This document shows positions 32,368-41,909 of a stretch of DNA of 64,000 bases, in pieces. Each line of letters starts with the position of its first letter. Positions within the stretch are counted from its first letter, which is position 1. A model generated the notes under the pieces. It did no database searches. It was not told the origin of the DNA and was given only the letters and a program-made list of their open reading frames with translations. The DNA comes from an uncultured Gemmatimonadaceae bacterium (GTDB taxonomy: Bacteria > Gemmatimonadota > Gemmatimonadetes > Gemmatimonadales > Gemmatimonadaceae), in contig CAWHHI010000008.1 of NCBI GenBank assembly GCA_963829055.1, forward strand, positions 96,001-160,000, given 5' to 3'. The position numbers and the translations under genes are program-made.

Positions 32368-33084
32368 ATGCCACGGTTCCGGACGGTGATCTTCGATTGC
32401 GATTCCACGCTGTCCGCAATCGAGGGCATCGATGAGTTGGCCGTGCACTGTCGGGAGGACGTGGCGCAGTTGACCGACGCCGCAATGCGCGGGGTGATTC
32501 CATTGGAAGAAGTGTACGGACGTCGACTCGACCTCGTGCGTCCGACACGCGCTGCCATCGTTGCCCTGGGACTGCAGTACGTCGCGCGGCTGGTACCCGA
32601 CGCGCGGGAGACGGTCGCCGCACTGCGCGCGGCGGGGGTCGACGTTCGCATCGTGTCCGGAGGACTGTTACCAGCCGTTCTCGCGGTCGCCACGGCGCTC
32701 GATGTGCCCGCGAGCCGGGTGGACGCGGTGGACATCTCCTTCGCCGACGATGGCTCATACGCCGGGTTCGACGACGCCTCTCCCCTTGCGACTGCCGGGG
32801 GCAAGCGCATCGCAATCGAGCGCTGGAACATCGATCGCCCGGCGATGATGGTCGGCGATGGCATCACCGACCTCGAGGCGCGCCCTGCGGTCGACATGTT
32901 TGTCGCCTTCGCCGGGGTAGTGGACCGCCCCGCCGTCGTCGCAGTCGCTGATGTCGTCGTTCGCGCGAACTCCCTGGCACCGCTCCTTCCACTCGCGCTG
33001 GACGTGGACGAGCTTGTTCAAGCACCTCATCGCTCTCTATACGCGCGTGGCCAAGCGCTGAGCGCTTCGGCCACGAAGCACTGA
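32368..33084 (+). CDS. serB: HAD-IB phosphatase, phosphoserine phosphatase-like
   Basis: FDCDSTL, IVSGG and GDGITD motifs; clustered with serA. Confidence 0.75.
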   Translation: MPRFRTVIFDCDSTLSAIEGIDELAVHCREDVAQLTDAAMRGVIPLEEVYGRRLDLVRPTRAAIVALGLQYVARLVPDARETVAALRAAGVDVRIVSGGLLPAVLAVATALDVPASRVDAVDISFADDGSYAGFDDASPLATAGGKRIAIERWNIDRPAMMVGDGITDLEARPAVDMFVAFAGVVDRPAVVAVADVVVRANSLAPLLPLALDVDELVQAPHRSLYARGQALSASATKH

Positions 33085-33107
33085 CCCCCGAGATCTCGCC
33101 GCCACAT

Positions 33108-34238
33108 ATGACGGTACAACAAACCACCGCCCCTGGCTCATCGAACACCCAACGTGCGTTCGGGCGCTTCTTCTTGCCCGGACCGACGGAGGTTCGTCCC
33201 GGCATCCTGGAGGCGATGACGCAACCGATGATCGGCCATCGCGGCAAAGGGATGGAGGATCTGATCGCCCGCATCGAGCCGGATCTTCAGTACGTCTTTC
33301 GAACTACGCGCCCGGTCTACATCGCGAGTTGCTCGGCGACTGGGCTGATGGAAGGCGCCATTCGGAACGGCGTGCGTTCCCGGGTTCTCTCCCTCGTGAA
33401 CGGCGCGTTCAGTGAGCGATTTTTCCAGATCGCACGCGCGTGTGGTGTCGAGGCCGAGGCGTTGTCGGTCCCTCTGGGACAGGCACATACACCGGAGATG
33501 CTCGCCGACGCACTGAAGGGCGGCGGATTCGATGCCGTAACCGTGGTGCATTCGGAGACGTCGACGGGTGCACTGAACCCGATCGCGGACCTGGCGCGTG
33601 TCGCGCACGAGGCCGGCGACGTGACGCTTCTCGTCGACAGCGTCACCGGAATCGCAGGTGCTCCCGTCGAGAGCGACGCCTGGGAGCTCGATTTCGTGCT
33701 CACCGGGTCGCAGAAGGCACTCGCGCTTCCCCCAGGCTTGGCGTTCGCGGTTGCCCGCGACACGGTGCTCGACCGAGCCAAGTCCAAGCGCGATCGCGGC
33801 ATCTATTTCGATCTCATCGAGTTCGACAAGTCGATCCGGAAGAATCAGACGCCTAACACACCGGCCCTGTCGCTGTTCTACGCGCTGGCTGCGCAGCTCG
33901 CGGATATCCGCCAGGAAACCATCGAGGCTCGTTGGGAACGGCACGCGGCCATGGCACGTCGCACGTGGACGTGGGTGGACGAGATGCGCGACTCCGGCGT
34001 TGGCATTTCCGTTCTGTCGCCGGAAGGATTTCGCTCGCCCACCGTCACGTGCGTCGCGCTTCCGCCGACTCACAACGGCGACGCGGTCAACAAGGCAATG
34101 AAGGCCCGCGGCTTCACGATTTCCGCCGGATATGGCACGCTCAAGGACACATCGATCCGAATCGGCCACATGGGCGATCATACCGTCGCGGAGCTGGACG
34201 TCCTGCTCGAGACACTTCGTGAGGTGCTCGTCGCATGA
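33108..34238 (+). CDS. Class V aminotransferase (alanine-glyoxylate / serine-pyruvate type)
   Basis: FLPGPT, HSETSTG, GSQKAL and RIGHMG motifs. Confidence 0.88.
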   Translation: MTVQQTTAPGSSNTQRAFGRFFLPGPTEVRPGILEAMTQPMIGHRGKGMEDLIARIEPDLQYVFRTTRPVYIASCSATGLMEGAIRNGVRSRVLSLVNGAFSERFFQIARACGVEAEALSVPLGQAHTPEMLADALKGGGFDAVTVVHSETSTGALNPIADLARVAHEAGDVTLLVDSVTGIAGAPVESDAWELDFVLTGSQKALALPPGLAFAVARDTVLDRAKSKRDRGIYFDLIEFDKSIRKNQTPNTPALSLFYALAAQLADIRQETIEARWERHAAMARRTWTWVDEMRDSGVGISVLSPEGFRSPTVTCVALPPTHNGDAVNKAMKARGFTISAGYGTLKDTSIRIGHMGDHTVAELDVLLETLREVLVA

Positions 34239-35839
34239 GCACAAAATTTCGTGTGCTCGTCGCCGATCAGATTGCCCTCGACGGCCTCGCGCCACTTCGC
34301 GATGACTCGCGCTTCGAGCTGATCGTCAAGCCGGGGCTCAAGGGGGCGGACCTCGCTGCCGCGATAGCGGCGGCCGATGCGGTGCTCGTTCGCAGCGCTA
34401 CACAGATCACCCGGGAGTCGCTCGCGCAGGCGAGCGGGCTCAGGGTGATCGGCCGGGCCGGCGTCGGTGTCGACACGATCGACGTCGACGCCGCGACGGA
34501 GCGTGGCATCGCCGTCCTGACGGCGCCCGCTGGGAACACGATCTCGGCGGCCGAGCTGACGTTTGCGCTCACTCTCGCGGTGGCTCGACGCGTCCCGGCG
34601 GCCGACCGCTCCATGAAGGCAGGACAGTGGGACCGTAAAAGCTTCAGTGGCACGGAGCTGTACGGGAAAACGTTAGGCCTCGTGGGCGCCGGCCGCATTG
34701 GTGGTGAGGTCGCGAAGCGCGCGCGGGCGTTCGGCATGCAGGTCGTGGCCTACGATCCGTTTCTCATTGCGGAGCGGGCACTGACGTTAGGTATCGAGCG
34801 TGTCGAGCTGGAAGAGGTGCTTCGTCGAGCCGATTTCGTCTCGCTCCACGTCCCGCTCACGGATGCGACCACCGGCCTCCTCGGCGACCGCGAGATCGCG
34901 CTCATGAAGCCGACGGCCGTCATCGTCAACGCTGCGCGCGGCGGTGTGGTGAACGAGATGGCGCTCGTTCGCGCACTGCAGGAAAAGCGACTCGGCGGCG
35001 CTGCGCTCGACGTCTTCGAGCAGGAGCCGCTGCCGGCCGACCACCCGCTTCGGTCGCTCGACAACGTGATCCTTACGCCGCACCTCGGAGCGTCGACGGC
35101 CGAAGCGCAGCAGAACGTCGCGATCGAGATCGCCGAAGCCGTGCGTGCGGCGCTCATAGACGGTGATCTGTCGCGGGCCGTCAACGCTCCTGGGCTCGGG
35201 GGGGACGAAATGCGACGTCTCCGGCCACTGCTCGGGCTGGCGGAGCGCCTCGGCACGCTCGCTTCCGCCCTCGCCGAAGGTGGGCTGGTGCGCGTCGAAG
35301 TTCGTTACTCGGGAGCCGCCGCAAACGGGCTCCGTCTGCTTACCGCGACGGCACTCTGCGGAGCCATGGCGCGAATCGTCGGCTCGAGTGCGGTAAACAC
35401 CGTGAACGCACTTCACGTCGCAACGGCTCACGGCATCCGCGTCGACCAGATCCAGTTGGACTCACGCGGCGCGTTCGCCGAGCAGATAGAGATACGGGCG
35501 ACGACCGATGCCGGAGACACGCGCGTTATCGGCGCCTTGCTAGGCGATGCGCATCCGCGAATTACCGGCATCGACGATTTCAGAGTCGACATGGCTCCGC
35601 ACGGGACGCTGCTTATCCTGCGGAACCAGGACGTGCCTGGCGTCATCGGCCGCGTTGGAACTTTGCTGGGCGACGCCGGCATCAACATCGCGGGGTACCA
35701 TCAGTCGCGCGTAGACGCCGGCGGTGATGCGCTCGCCGTGGTCAACGTGGACGGCCGACTCGACTCGGCGGTGCTCGAGACGTTAGGCAGCCTGCCGGAA
35801 ATCCACTACGTCCGGCAGGTCCAGCTGGGCCGCGCGTAG
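34235..35839 (+). CDS. serA: D-3-phosphoglycerate dehydrogenase with ASB and ACT domains
   Basis: GRAGVGVD, GAGRIG, NAARGG, TPHLGAST and a C-terminal ACT domain (NQDVPGVIG). Confidence 0.95.
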   Translation: MSTKFRVLVADQIALDGLAPLRDDSRFELIVKPGLKGADLAAAIAAADAVLVRSATQITRESLAQASGLRVIGRAGVGVDTIDVDAATERGIAVLTAPAGNTISAAELTFALTLAVARRVPAADRSMKAGQWDRKSFSGTELYGKTLGLVGAGRIGGEVAKRARAFGMQVVAYDPFLIAERALTLGIERVELEEVLRRADFVSLHVPLTDATTGLLGDREIALMKPTAVIVNAARGGVVNEMALVRALQEKRLGGAALDVFEQEPLPADHPLRSLDNVILTPHLGASTAEAQQNVAIEIAEAVRAALIDGDLSRAVNAPGLGGDEMRRLRPLLGLAERLGTLASALAEGGLVRVEVRYSGAAANGLRLLTATALCGAMARIVGSSAVNTVNALHVATAHGIRVDQIQLDSRGAFAEQIEIRATTDAGDTRVIGALLGDAHPRITGIDDFRVDMAPHGTLLILRNQDVPGVIGRVGTLLGDAGINIAGYHQSRVDAGGDALAVVNVDGRLDSAVLETLGSLPEIHYVRQVQLGRA

Positions 35840-35869
35840 GTCCGTCCCAGATAATCCAGCGTTATTGCA

Positions 35870-36371
35870 ATGCGCCACCGGTCCAATGCCGAGCATGTGT
35901 CGCTTCGGTCGGTGGTCTCTGCAGATCGGGAGACTCTCGAGCGGCTCGTCGCGCAGATCTGCGCGACGAGCCGCTTCGCAGAAGTCGCGACGTACGCGCT
36001 CCGCATGGCGCTCGAGCGGCGAGGCGAACGAATCGCAAGCGATTGTGGCGGAGCGCGCCGGTACTGTCGTCGGGTTCGGCCTGTTTGGTCAGGTCGCAGG
36101 CACGATTGGCACCGCTCGAATCCACTTCATGGCCGTTGCGCTGGATGAAAGATCGCGCGGCATTGGAAGCGCGATCTGCGAAGCTGCGCTCGCGCGGCTG
36201 GCGGAACAGGGAGCGCGCAACGTGGTCGCAGAGCTGCCTGACGAGACTGCGTTCGTGAGTGGGCGGGCGCTGCTGGAGCGCTGGGGCTTCGCTCCAGTGG
36301 CTCGCGTCGCCGATTATTACAGCGACGGCGTAGACATGCTGATATTCGAACGCGTAGCCGCCGGTACGTGA
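35870..36371 (+). CDS. GNAT N-acetyltransferase, with a probable +1 frameshift near 36017
   Basis: RSRGIGSA acetyl-CoA motif and DYY..G; the more protein-like N-terminus lies in ORF 35870..36148. Confidence 0.7.
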
Positions 36372-36412
36372 AACCGACGGAGGAAGTCGATGCTCTCCCC
36401 CGTCGGTTTTTT
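36371..36412. terminator. Terminator between convergent genes
   Basis: AAACCGACGG...CCGTCGGTTTTT. Confidence 0.6.
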
Positions 36413-36437
36413 CAGCTACCAGTCGGTCTCGCCGAGT

Positions 36438-37190
36438 TCAGCCTCGACGACATGACCACGCGCGGCGTTGCTCCGTCGTGAGCAGCGCGAGGATGTCGGC
36501 CTGCAACTTTCGTTCGGCGTTGGCGACACGGCGTTGTGGCTCGATGGCGCGAGCGAGAATCGTCGCTACTTCGTCGCGCGACTTCCCCGCCTCCCTCGCC
36601 TGCTTCGCCTCGGTCGCAATGGACCGAATGAGCTCGAGGTCCGACTTCACGCTGGTGTAGAACTGGTCCTCCAGCGCCCGGATCTGCTTCACCTGATCGT
36701 CGGTCAGCTTCGCCGCGGTCGCGCCGCAATCTCTCGGACGATGGGCCTCGATCCATACCCTCTGCTCAGGCGTGTAGACCGCCCAGATGTCGGCTTGCAG
36801 CTTCTTGAACGCCGCGTCGAGCCGGGCGCGAATCGGGTCGCCCTTGGCGAGAATTGCGCGAACGTCGTCGCGAGGCTTCCGCGCCCTGATCGCCGCTTTC
36901 GCTTCGACCTCGATTGCTCGAAGCGCTGCGACGTCTGCCGCGGTCGCGGCCATGAACGCGTCGTGCAGCGCGACGATCGCCGCTTTCTGCTCCACGGTCA
37001 GACGGAGCGCATCCGGCAGCTCGGCGGATCCAATACCGGCGGCATCGACCGAAGCAGCTGGACTCACTGCGTAGTCCGGCACCAGGTCGACTACTTCGGT
37101 CGAGTCACTGGTCGGCGAGACGGGAGTCGATCGATCGCAGGCGGCCAGCACGGCAATTACTCCAGCAACCGCGACGAGACGAGCTCGCAT
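36438..37190 (-). CDS. Spy/CpxP-like (LTXXQ-repeat) lipoprotein
   Basis: LAAC lipobox; LTVEQ, YTPEQ, LTDDQ and LTTEQ repeats forming two tandem domains. Confidence 0.75.
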   Translation of the reverse strand: MRARLVAVAGVIAVLAACDRSTPVSPTSDSTEVVDLVPDYAVSPAASVDAAGIGSAELPDALRLTVEQKAAIVALHDAFMAATAADVAALRAIEVEAKAAIRARKPRDDVRAILAKGDPIRARLDAAFKKLQADIWAVYTPEQRVWIEAHRPRDCGATAAKLTDDQVKQIRALEDQFYTSVKSDLELIRSIATEAKQAREAGKSRDEVATILARAIEPQRRVANAERKLQADILALLTTEQRRAWSCRRG

Positions 37191-37332
37191 GACAACCCCC
37201 TTTCAGCTGAAATTGTTCGTCACACCCACACCCGTTCACAAGGCTGGCATCTTGGCTTGTGGCGTTTGCCGGCGCCAGACCCGTCACGTGTGTCAGACGC
37301 CGCGAAGCCAGCCGCGTTAAGAGAGTCAAGAG

Positions 37333-37365
37333 AAAGAGGGCCGGTCCAGCGGACCGGCCCTCTTT
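37333..37365 (-). terminator. Intrinsic terminator after the sigma / putative anti-sigma pair
   Basis: AAAGAGGGCCGGTCC-AGC-GGACCGGCCCTCTTT, a perfect 15-bp stem. Confidence 0.8.
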
Positions 37366-37386
37366 GTCGCACACGCGCTCGGCGCG

Positions 37387-37821
37387 TCAGCGAATTCTCA
37401 TGCTATTGCCGATCGCCGCACCAAGGGCAACCAGGCCAGCGGCGGCCGCGAGTGCCACCACCGGCGAAACCTGGATCGACTTCTTCCACCACGGCAGCGC
37501 CAACTGCGGGAGATCGGCGGGCAGCGCGGCCATGATCTGTGCCTTCACATGTGCAGGCGTCACCATATGGCGGCGACGCTCGGATTCTTGTTCGATACGA
37601 CGCCAGAGGTCTACCTGGCGCGCGGCATCCGCGCTCAACGAGGCTGGTTCCGGAGCTTCGCCATCGAGCCAGCTGTTGATCATGTCGGACGTCTCGGACG
37701 TCGCCGTCACACCGAGCGGAACTTCCCGGTCGCTGAGCGGCTGCACTTGCTCCGAGGCTCGGCGAGGCCGCTCGCGCCGAGCGTCGCCGCTGCCGTCGCG
37801 TGCGTTCAAGTTGTCTTGCAT
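37387..37821 (-). CDS. Putative anti-sigma factor (single C-terminal TM)
   Basis: Start overlaps the ECF sigma stop; INSWLDGE motif; hydrophobic C-terminus. Confidence 0.55.
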   Translation of the reverse strand: MQDNLNARDGSGDARRERPRRASEQVQPLSDREVPLGVTATSETSDMINSWLDGEAPEPASLSADAARQVDLWRRIEQESERRRHMVTPAHVKAQIMAALPADLPQLALPWWKKSIQVSPVVALAAAAGLVALGAAIGNSMRIR

Positions 37822-38387
37822 TATGCGTATTTCTCCTCTAGAAGAGCCTGGAGCGCCTCACGAGCGCGGTGGACGCGCATCTTCAGGGCTCCGACGGTGG
37901 TACCCAATAAATCGGCCATCTCCTCGTACGAACGCCCCTCGACGTGTTTCATCACGAACGCCTCTCGCAACGATGGCGCGAGTGTCATGAGAGCTCTGTC
38001 GAGATCCGAGCGTAGCTCGGTCCGGTCCAACTCCTCATCGGGAGTCGAGTAGCCGGAGGGCTGATCGTCCTCGTCGTAGCTCAGGTGCGTGCGCCGAATG
38101 TTCTTCAGCCAATCCTTGCACCCGTTCGCTACGATTCGGAACACCCAGGCATCGAAGCGTCCGCGCACCTCTGCGAGGTGTTGGTACGCCTTAATGAAGG
38201 ACATTTGGAGAATGTCCTCCGCAACATCTGGGCTGCCGGTCATTCCCAACGCATGGCGGTACAGTGGGTCGCTGTACCGATTGATGAGGATCGTGAACGC
38301 ATCCCGATTGCCCGCGAGGACCCTCGAAATGATGTCCTGATCTACTTCCAATGGGTCGGTCGGAGAGGCCGGCACCGTCGTCTTCAC
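37821..38387 (-). CDS. ECF RNA polymerase sigma factor
   Basis: AEDILQ, WVFRIVAN, SYEEMA and GALKMRVHRAR motifs; GTG start inferred. Confidence 0.92.
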   Translation of the reverse strand: MKTTVPASPTDPLEVDQDIISRVLAGNRDAFTILINRYSDPLYRHALGMTGSPDVAEDILQMSFIKAYQHLAEVRGRFDAWVFRIVANGCKDWLKNIRRTHLSYDEDDQPSGYSTPDEELDRTELRSDLDRALMTLAPSLREAFVMKHVEGRSYEEMADLLGTTVGALKMRVHRAREALQALLEEKYA

Positions 38388-38569
38388 GGCGCTAGTGTAA
38401 CCCGATTCGCGCGCCGTCGATAGGGCTGGTGGGGCGCGCCTCGCCGCCGGTCTGGCAGTTGTGTTGTTAGTCACGTGGGTCTGACGAATGGGCGAAAATT
38501 CCGTAACAGCGCAACCGGCGACGTTGCCCTGCGGTGCCCGTCCGAACCCCGGAATTACATGGAGCGATG

Positions 38570-39653
38570 CTACCGAAGCCGCGCGTAGTAGAGCAGCTCC
38601 GTGACCTCGTCGCCCTTGTATCGGCGCCCCTCTCGATCACTGTCTGCGCGGTATCGTTTGTAGCGCAGCGTGGACCGTCGCACGCGACCATCCAGCGATG
38701 CGTCGCGAAGTATCGCGCGAAACTCGCGATCTTCGATCACACCCTCGCTGTTGTAGCTGACGAGAACGTGCCGCGCGCCGGTCGCGGCGAGTAGATCCCG
38801 CAGCGCACCAGGCGCGTGCCGGCGCGAGCACCATGCGCTCCGCTGTTGCCGGTCGGCGATGAGTCCGGTCTTCCCTCTCAGCTCAACGGTGGCGTCGAAC
38901 CACCCACGCGCGATGAGCTCCGGCACGTGGTAGTAACCGGCGTACTGTCGGTTGTTGTACGGCGGATCGACGTACAGCAAATCGATTGGGCCAAGAGCGG
39001 CGGCGACTGCGATCGCATCCGCCTGATGCGCAACCGATCGCGCCCGTGACGGCACCGGCAGCTCCGGCGTAATACTGAACGGCCGCAGCGCGTTCGGCTG
39101 CCATTTCTTGATGTAGGCAGCGTAGACGCCAGCGGTGTTCGCGACGCGATCCGCCCCTTCGATGATCGCCGCCAGCAGGACGTAAAACGTGTCGTCGCTC
39201 GACCATCCCCGCAGCGTGCCACTCATGCAGCGTGCTTCGAGCGGCGTCAATGCGGCGCGCATTTTCGTCCGTGAAATACATCCGACCGCCGACGGGCGCG
39301 AAATGGCGCGCGAAGAATCCCTCCTCGGGTCGAACAGCGGTCGTGAGATACTCGGCAACGGCGGCAACTCGTCCACCCGCGCGGCCGGCGAAAGCGGCGC
39401 GAACGACTGAATCGACCTTGGCCAGGCTCCTGAAGCTGTCTACCCGTGAAGCAACAACGTACGCGCGTTGCATGACGTACGAGTACGTCATGAGATCGCT
39501 GGAGTGCACTCGCCAACCGTCGGCCTTGAGTGCTCTGCCGACGGCCGCCGTTCCTGCGAACGCGTCGTGCGCGACTCCCGGCGTGATACCAAGCCGGGCG
39601 ATGGCGGTTCGGAGAAACGGGAGAAGCTTGGTCTTATTGCCGATGTAGCGCAT
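38570..39653 (-). CDS. Orphan N6-adenine DNA methyltransferase (D12 class, NlaIII/FokI-like), with a +1 frameshift near 39197
   Basis: MRYIGNK, DAFAGTAAV, RMYFT, YVDPPYNNRQY and SYNSEG motifs split over two frames. Confidence 0.85.
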
Positions 39654-39796
39654 CGCTCGACGTGTTCCACACCCGTTTCGGCGGCACGGTCGCCTGCTCA
39701 CGAACGCAGTTTGACGTCCTCTGTTCGCGCATCGTCTGTGGACAGACTGAGTGATTCGCCATAAAGTCGAGCTGGCTTATCGACGGAGAAACTTCG

Positions 39797-40012
39797 GTGG
39801 GCAATGTCATCGGATCGGCTCTGCAGGATTTTGCCGCAATGCTGCACGACGCCATCACGCGACCGGGCCCGTGGAGTGCCGTCGCCATCCTGCTTGTCGT
39901 GGTTTTCGTGGCGGGAGCACTTCGAAGTAAGATCACGGCCTCGTGGATATTCATTCCGGTTCTCGCCGTTGCGATCTACCTCTCCGTGTATCGTTGGCTC
40001 CGACTCCGATAG
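39797..40012 (+). CDS. Small two-TM membrane protein
   Basis: GGAG RBS; two hydrophobic helices. Confidence 0.6.
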   Translation: MGNVIGSALQDFAAMLHDAITRPGPWSAVAILLVVVFVAGALRSKITASWIFIPVLAVAIYLSVYRWLRLR

Positions 40013-40195
40013 TCGCAGCCAGCAGTAGACGATTTGTATCCCAATAATTGGTATCGCCGCGATCTCCGACTCACTACTTTGCAACAAGCTGAGATGTAGC
40101 GCGCCGCCAACGGTTGTTGCGCGCGGACAGCGTCAAATAGAAGTTAGATCAGAGGTTACCGCTTGATTGAGCCCAACAACCTATCTTCAGTCGAG

Positions 40196-40211
40196 TGGAA
40201 TGCCGAGTGCT
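40196..40211 (+). promoter_or_regulatory. Possible sigma54 promoter of the Flp pilin gene
   Basis: TGGAATGCCGAGTGCT = GG-N10-GC within a lower-GC intergenic region. Confidence 0.4.
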
Positions 40212-40311
40212 CACGAGCTATAAATGGTCGGCCGGCGGCTCCCACCGCGCAGTCGTTGGGCGTACGCCGAATCATGGAGATTGTCACGTCCAACCGAACG
40301 AAGGGGGATCG

Positions 40312-40491
40312 ATGCAACGTGTTCACGCGATTGTGAAAAGATTTGTTCGTGATGACGAAGGTATCGCCGTCACGGAGTATGGACTGCTCGTCGCACTGGT
40401 TGCAGTGCTGCTCATCGGGGTCGTCACTGTCTTCGGCAGCAGCATCAAGAGCTGGTTCGCTGATCGTACGAGCCAGATCACGACGGTGTAG
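40312..40491 (+). CDS. flp: Flp/Fap type IVb pilin
   Basis: RFVRDDEG|IAVTEYGLL prepilin motif followed by a hydrophobic helix; AAGGGGG RBS. Confidence 0.9.
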   Translation: MQRVHAIVKRFVRDDEGIAVTEYGLLVALVAVLLIGVVTVFGSSIKSWFADRTSQITTV

Positions 40492-40556
40492 CCGCATGCG
40501 CGCTATACGGGGCACCGTCCGGCAGACGGGCGAAGCGGTGCCCCGATAGGGTTTCG

Positions 40557-41687
40557 TCATGCCGTAACGGGCGGGCGTATCGTTAGGTCCGCAAACGCCG
40601 CCCAGCCGTACTGGCGAACCAATGCGCCGTGCTCATCGAGCATCGGAGGCGGGCGGCGCACAGTACCAGGCGCGTTAGGCGCGACACCGGTGATCGGTGA
40701 CGCATCCATCTCGGCGACCGCCTCACGGACCGATCGGACGATTCCCGCCGGCACTCCCGCCGCCGCCAGCGTGGTTAGCCAGTGTGCCGCTGAACGCTCG
40801 AGGACACGGGATCGCATCGACTCCACGATCAGGGCGCGGTTCGCCAATCGGCCAGCGTTCGTCTCCAGGCGCGAATCGGCGGCGAGTTGATCGAGCCCCA
40901 ACGCCCGTGCGCAACTACGCCACTGCGCGTCGCTGCCCACCGCAATCACGATCGATCGATCGGCGGCGTCGAAGAGCTGGTACGGGACGAGGTTCGGATG
41001 TGCGTTGCCCCAGCGTCCGGCGTCGCGACCGCTCACGAGTACGTTCTGCGCCACGTTCACCAGCGCCGCGACCGCGCTACCCGAGAGCGAGATGAATACG
41101 TGTCGCTCTTCGGCTGGCCGGCCACGGCCGCGGGCTGCCAGTCCAGCGAGTATCGCTACCGTGGCATCCTTCCCGGCGATCACGTCCGCGAGCGCTACAC
41201 CAACCTTCATTGGCTGTCCGTCTGGCTCGCCGGTGATGGCCATCCACCCGCTCTCAGCCTGCACGACGAAATCGTATCCGGGCCGGGAACTCGACGGGCC
41301 GAATCCCGTGAGCGTGCACCAGATCAAGTCCGGACGAGACTCCAAGTGCGGCCGAGGATCAAGGCCATGCCGTTCCAACATCCCGGGGCGAAAGTTGTCC
41401 AGCACGGCGTCAGCCTGCGAAATCAGATCGCTGAGCATCTGCACGTCACGGGCGGACGTGAGATCGACTGCCACGCTGAGCTTGTTCCGGTTGACGCTCA
41501 GATAATAGGCGCTCTCGCCACGGTTATCGAACGGAGGTCCCCACCCACGGGTCTCGTCTCCTTCGCCCGCCCGCTCGACCTTGATGACGTCGGCTCCCAA
41601 GTCCCCGAGAGTCATGGCGGCGAGGGGACCGGCCAGAACGCGAGTCAGATCCAGTATTCTAATTCCTGATAGCGGGAGCGTCGTCAT
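40557..41687 (-). CDS. CaiB/BaiF family III CoA-transferase
   Basis: DLTRVLAGP, DLGADVIKVE, NRNK, GYD and GNAHPNLVPY motifs. Confidence 0.92.
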   Translation of the reverse strand: MTTLPLSGIRILDLTRVLAGPLAAMTLGDLGADVIKVERAGEGDETRGWGPPFDNRGESAYYLSVNRNKLSVAVDLTSARDVQMLSDLISQADAVLDNFRPGMLERHGLDPRPHLESRPDLIWCTLTGFGPSSSRPGYDFVVQAESGWMAITGEPDGQPMKVGVALADVIAGKDATVAILAGLAARGRGRPAEERHVFISLSGSAVAALVNVAQNVLVSGRDAGRWGNAHPNLVPYQLFDAADRSIVIAVGSDAQWRSCARALGLDQLAADSRLETNAGRLANRALIVESMRSRVLERSAAHWLTTLAAAGVPAGIVRSVREAVAEMDASPITGVAPNAPGTVRRPPPMLDEHGALVRQYGWAAFADLTIRPPVTA

Positions 41688-41770
41688 TATGGCGTCATAC
41701 GAGCTTGTTGTTGTGTCGTTTGAACATGCGATTACGCCGCCAACTCCGACAGTGACAATGGCTGAGTCAC

Positions 41771-41798
41771 TTGCATAGCTGCCGAAAAATCATATACT
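41771..41798 (+). promoter_or_regulatory. Sigma70-like promoter
   Basis: TTGCAT-N16-TATACT. Confidence 0.45.
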
Positions 41799-41909
41799 TA
41801 CCGCCGTCCGCCGGTTACAATTCGGCGTGGGACGCTTAGCTGTCACGCGACCGGTCACTCCTCAATCATCTCGATGCCCTCTTCCCAACCGGATTCCGGG
41901 CACGTCTCT

